NCBI GenBank assembly: GCA_030141605.1 | Contig: JAQGDQ010001040.1 | Span: forward strand, 22,780 to 68,280 | Direction: 5' to 3' | Length of the DNA stretch: 45,501 bases | Origin: Tubiluchus corallicola | Taxonomy: Eukaryota; Animalia; Priapulida | Shown here: in pieces, positions 41,906 to 45,501 of the stretch | Layout of the letters: every line of letters begins with the position of its first letter | How positions within the stretch are numbered: the stretch's first letter is position 1 | The notes under the pieces: generated by a model | Told to the model about the DNA's origin: nothing | What the model saw: the letters and a program-made list of their open reading frames with translations, nothing else | The model's database searches: none | Made by a program: the position numbers and the translations under genes

Positions 41906-44900
41906 TATATATATATATATATATATATAAGATTCGAGGCTACACTCGGACAACGGCACCATTTGCGGCGATCTATACATCAAACGAAAGGTCTAGATCT
42001 TTTATTACTAATTTATTTATTTATTTATTAAATATATCCACAACGATCATTACAGCATTGTACAGTAGTACAAGTACAGTACAACGTCGAAGCCGATACG
42101 GCTAAATCAGTGCGAGTCAGATGTCCATGAAACCATCTCTTATCCACGACTTGAACCTTCTTGCATATCCAAGCATCCTTCTTTCTTCATCGAGTTTTTC
42201 GGCACAGTTGTTGACTAGGGATCTCCATGCAGGACGGTCGTGAACTGCGAAAGGCAGCTTGTCCAACATTCCACCTTTCCTCAGAAAGAACTTCACCTTG
42301 TCCTTGAAGCGAAGGAGAGGACGACCAACACTGCGAGAGCCACTGGTTAGTTCTCCATGAAGAAGAGCCTTTGTCGGTCTCTTATCGTTCATTCTGACCA
42401 CATGCCCAAACCACCGAAGTTGAGCCTTAGTAAGCGTAACCTCGATATCTTCCATCTTGGCACGAGCCAGCACGTCTTCGTTTGGCACATAGTCGTCCCA
42501 GCGAATACGAAGGATGTGACGCAGATGTCTCTGCTGAACCGCACGAAGAGACCTGACCTGATCTTGATAGAGCGTCCACGTTTCCTGACCATAGGTAAGC
42601 TGCGGAATGATGCATTGCTTGTACACCTGCAGTTTAGTGGCGATGGTAAGGTCATGGTTATCGAAGACACGTTTCCTCATACGGCCGAAAGAGCTGGCTG
42701 CAGCATTAATTCTTGCATGAAGCTCAGTATCCAATCGAGTACATGAGCAGATGTAACTTCCGAGATATTTGAACCGTTGCACACTTCCAAGCTGTTCTCC
42801 GTCAATGGTAAAATTGACACTGTCGCTAGAGCCGACACTCATTGTCTCAGTCTTCCTTTTGTTAATGCGCAGTCCCATTCTCTTTGCAGTTTCATTGTAA
42901 ATGTCGATGAGATCCTGAAGGTCTTCCGGGTTGTCAGAGAAGATAGCTATGTCATCGGCATATTGCGCTTCACGCAGGAACATCATTCGTGTCTTCGTCC
43001 TTGCTTTGAGTCGACGTAGGTCAAAAATGTCTCCATCATATCTGAATCGAACATGAATGCTCTTCGTCGAGCCAAGTCTGCCGAAGGCTACCTGCAAAAG
43101 GACTGCAGCGAAAAGTTCGAAAAGAGATGGAGCTAACTTGCAGCCTTGTTTCACACCGCTGTTGTATTCTACAGGATCACTAAGCTGGCCATTGACAGAG
43201 AGACGCGCTAGCATATCAGTGTGCAGAGCTTTTACCATACTTGTAAATCGATCCGGGCATCCACACTTTGAAAGCACCTTGTACAGCAATTCGCGATTGA
43301 CACTGTCAAAAGCCTTTGTAAAGTCGATAAAGGCAATATGCATTGATGTTCTATGCTCTCTCGTTTTCTCCATCAGCTGACAAATCGTAAAAATACCATC
43401 AATGGTACTGCGATCCCGTCGATACCCTGACTGGGACTCTGGGTAGATACGCTCCAAAATCTTGTCCAGCCGAACGAGAAGAATGTCTGCAAAAAGCTTT
43501 CCGACAACACTGAGTAAGGAAATGCCACGATAGTTACCGCAATCACTGCGATCACCCTTTTTGAACAAAATGGTGATGTTAGCATTGACAAAGTCATGAG
43601 GCATATCACCAGTCCTCCAAATAACGTTGAAGAGCTCCAAAAGATGATTCTGGAGAGAAGCACCGCCATGGATGATAACCTCTGGTGGGACACCATCAGG
43701 TCCAGGGCTTTTCCGTCGCTTGATACGGCGAATAGAGTACTTGAGTTCCTCGAGGGTGACTAGTCCATCCATCTCGTCGATGACTGGTAACTGAGGTATG
43801 TCCTCCAAGATAGTAAAGTCAGCATCGGTAGTTTGATTCAGTAAAGTGCTGAAGTGCTCCATCCAACGATTCTGGATATCATTGGATGAGTTGAGAGTGT
43901 CACCAGCAATAGATTTGATAGGATGGTTACAACGCGATGTCGGACCATAAACGGCATTGAGAGAAGCGTAGAATTCCCGGAAATTCTTCATTTGGGCGTG
44001 TCTTTCAACTTCATTGGCTCGGTCCTGGAACCACTGATTCTTCATAAGTCGGATATGATTTCTGAGCTCACGCCTGTTTTTCTTGTCCTTGACTAGTGCA
44101 CCGATTTCAAGCTCGTTGAACCAGTCTCGGTTGCGATTTCCTTGTTTACCGAACACAGCTTCTGCACTGTTGAGTAAGATTTCCTTGGTTTCATCCCAAG
44201 ATGGTCTACAATCACTCAAAACATTGGCAAGATAAACTTGCAGTTTGGATTCTTTGCCTTCGTCAACTTCGACATTGAACCTCTTTGGTGGACGCTGAGG
44301 GCGAGCAGGTTTCTGTAGCATGAATGAACATTTGCACACCACCAATCTGTGATCCGTGAAACAGTCTGCAGTTAGACTTGCTTTGGTCACACGGATGTTG
44401 TTGTCACTCATGGCTTTCTTACAAGCCAAGATGTGATCAAGTTGATGCCAGTGCTTGGACCGTGCATGCTGCCATGTAGTCTTCATCCTATCGTGAAGCC
44501 TGAAGAAGCTTCCAGTCACAGAGAACTCCATCCTGGCACAAAATTCTAGCAGTAGAAGTCCGTTTGAGTTCATATTCCCTGTTCCATGTTTGCCAAGCAC
44601 ACCTGGCCAAGTCATAGAATCTCTTCCTACTCTTGCATTCATGTCCCCTAGGATAATCACCTTGCCATCATTTGCAGCTTGCCTAGCATGAGCAGTGAGA
44701 TTATCGTAGAACGATTCTTTTTCATGATTAGAGCACTGCAAAGTGGGGCCATACACGCTAAAGAGAGTAAGAAAGGATCTGTCCTGTAGCCGAAGTTTCA
44801 ACATCATGAGACGATCATTGATAGCTAAGGGCTGTGACTCCAATTGTAACTTGTTAGACACTGCGAAGCCAACTCCTGCAACCTGGTGTACACCTCCGCT

Positions 44901-45501
44901 CCAATAAATGGTATGGGTCTTCTCTACCACATTGCCTTCACCAGGGCGTCGGACTTCAGAAAGTGCGCAGATATCAATGTTGACGTCGTTTAGAGCTTCA
45001 CAAATAATCGCAGTGGCCCTCTCCGGCCGTAAATTTCCATTATTATCATTTGTGGTTCTGACATTCCAACATCCTAAACTAAGGAGATTCTTGGGTTGTG
45101 GGCTTCGCAAATTCCTCACCGTTGCCACTGGACGGCGCGTCGGCTCCCCCGGACGTGGTAGCATAGGGTTGTCATCATTTGTCGTAGTCATCATCATGGA
45201 GAAAGAATTAGCACTGAGACGCTTGCGCGCGAGAAGAGATGGCCGCGCAAAGTCCACCTCCACTTGGCAGATAGAGTGTAGATCGGCGGCATGAAGAAAC
45301 ACGACGGCCGCACTCATAATCTGTTGCACCGCAGTGAAGACAACCAGAAAACAGGCCGAATCGGCAAAATGAATTGCTAGCTTCTCGATGAGCCATGCCA
45401 TGCCAGAAGACGAGTTGCCAGCCTTGCACGCCATGAACCATCATCCACACAAGCTGCTGCCCTTGTGCTTGGGTGCCTTCATCCGCTTTTACAGCCGTTG
45501 G
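41906..45501 (-). mobile_element. RTE-clade non-LTR retrotransposon in an SCLT1 intron; its 5' end runs off the window
   Basis: A single long APE+RT ORF, a 3' UTR of about 190 bp and a (TA)n tail at 41906-41927. Visibly more GC-rich than the flanks. Confidence 0.93.
42117..45434 (-). CDS. RTE retrotransposon AP-endonuclease/reverse transcriptase polyprotein (1105 aa; the true start may be the MMM near 45198)
   Basis: APE motifs WNVRT, LSEVR, VYGPT, GDMNA, LDHI and TDHRLV. RT motifs KSPGPDG, NYRGISLLS, FIDFTKAFDSV, GVKQGCKLAP, YADD and FKYLGS. RTE-type C-terminus LRWFGHVVRM...RSVGRP. No stops or frameshifts. Confidence 0.95.
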   Translation of the reverse strand: MACKAGNSSSGMAWLIEKLAIHFADSACFLVVFTAVQQIMSAAVVFLHAADLHSICQVEVDFARPSLLARKRLSANSFSMMMTTTNDDNPMLPRPGEPTRRPVATVRNLRSPQPKNLLSLGCWNVRTTNDNNGNLRPERATAIICEALNDVNIDICALSEVRRPGEGNVVEKTHTIYWSGGVHQVAGVGFAVSNKLQLESQPLAINDRLMMLKLRLQDRSFLTLFSVYGPTLQCSNHEKESFYDNLTAHARQAANDGKVIILGDMNARVGRDSMTWPGVLGKHGTGNMNSNGLLLLEFCARMEFSVTGSFFRLHDRMKTTWQHARSKHWHQLDHILACKKAMSDNNIRVTKASLTADCFTDHRLVVCKCSFMLQKPARPQRPPKRFNVEVDEGKESKLQVYLANVLSDCRPSWDETKEILLNSAEAVFGKQGNRNRDWFNELEIGALVKDKKNRRELRNHIRLMKNQWFQDRANEVERHAQMKNFREFYASLNAVYGPTSRCNHPIKSIAGDTLNSSNDIQNRWMEHFSTLLNQTTDADFTILEDIPQLPVIDEMDGLVTLEELKYSIRRIKRRKSPGPDGVPPEVIIHGGASLQNHLLELFNVIWRTGDMPHDFVNANITILFKKGDRSDCGNYRGISLLSVVGKLFADILLVRLDKILERIYPESQSGYRRDRSTIDGIFTICQLMEKTREHRTSMHIAFIDFTKAFDSVNRELLYKVLSKCGCPDRFTSMVKALHTDMLARLSVNGQLSDPVEYNSGVKQGCKLAPSLFELFAAVLLQVAFGRLGSTKSIHVRFRYDGDIFDLRRLKARTKTRMMFLREAQYADDIAIFSDNPEDLQDLIDIYNETAKRMGLRINKRKTETMSVGSSDSVNFTIDGEQLGSVQRFKYLGSYICSCTRLDTELHARINAAASSFGRMRKRVFDNHDLTIATKLQVYKQCIIPQLTYGQETWTLYQDQVRSLRAVQQRHLRHILRIRWDDYVPNEDVLARAKMEDIEVTLTKAQLRWFGHVVRMNDKRPTKALLHGELTSGSRSVGRPLLRFKDKVKFFLRKGGMLDKLPFAVHDRPAWRSLVNNCAEKLDEERRMLGYARRFKSWIRDGFMDI

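Noticed and set aside
42357-45450. Alternative-frame and antisense ORFs within the RTE
   Set aside because: They are shadow ORFs of a GC-richer coding sequence, and the Cys-rich 80-aa ORF has no recognisable zinc-knuckle spacing.

Overview
AT-rich, intron-rich animal genomic DNA. A cnidarian or other marine invertebrate is a guess from the 5S-like sequence and repeat types, not something the sequence proves. Assembling exons by hand with GT-AG splice sites and phase checks gives four host genes. (1) A small unrecognised leucine-zipper gene of about 98 aa (minus, 1621-5370). (2) A complete 7-exon RPAIN (minus, 10271-17411). (3) A complete 11-exon B3GNTL1/QTGAL (plus, 17601-30721), head-to-head with RPAIN with only 189 bp between the ATGs. 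(4) The last six exons of SCLT1 (minus, 32572-41808), tail-to-tail with QTGAL across a 52-bp minisatellite. The introns hold many mobile elements: an RTE-clade LINE with an intact 1105-aa APE+RT ORF, a 5S-rRNA-headed SINE with an RTE-like body and 11-bp TSDs, two tRNA-derived SINE copies, four hAT MITEs with 8-bp TSDs, piggyBac-, Tigger- and PIF-like MITEs, and several tandem arrays. Most short ORFs in the supplied track are spurious. I found no convincing wholly new system. The strongest leads are the 5S/RTE chimeric SINE, the hairpin array in the predicted QTGAL 3' UTR, the orphan zipper microprotein and a promoter-like island inside SCLT1.
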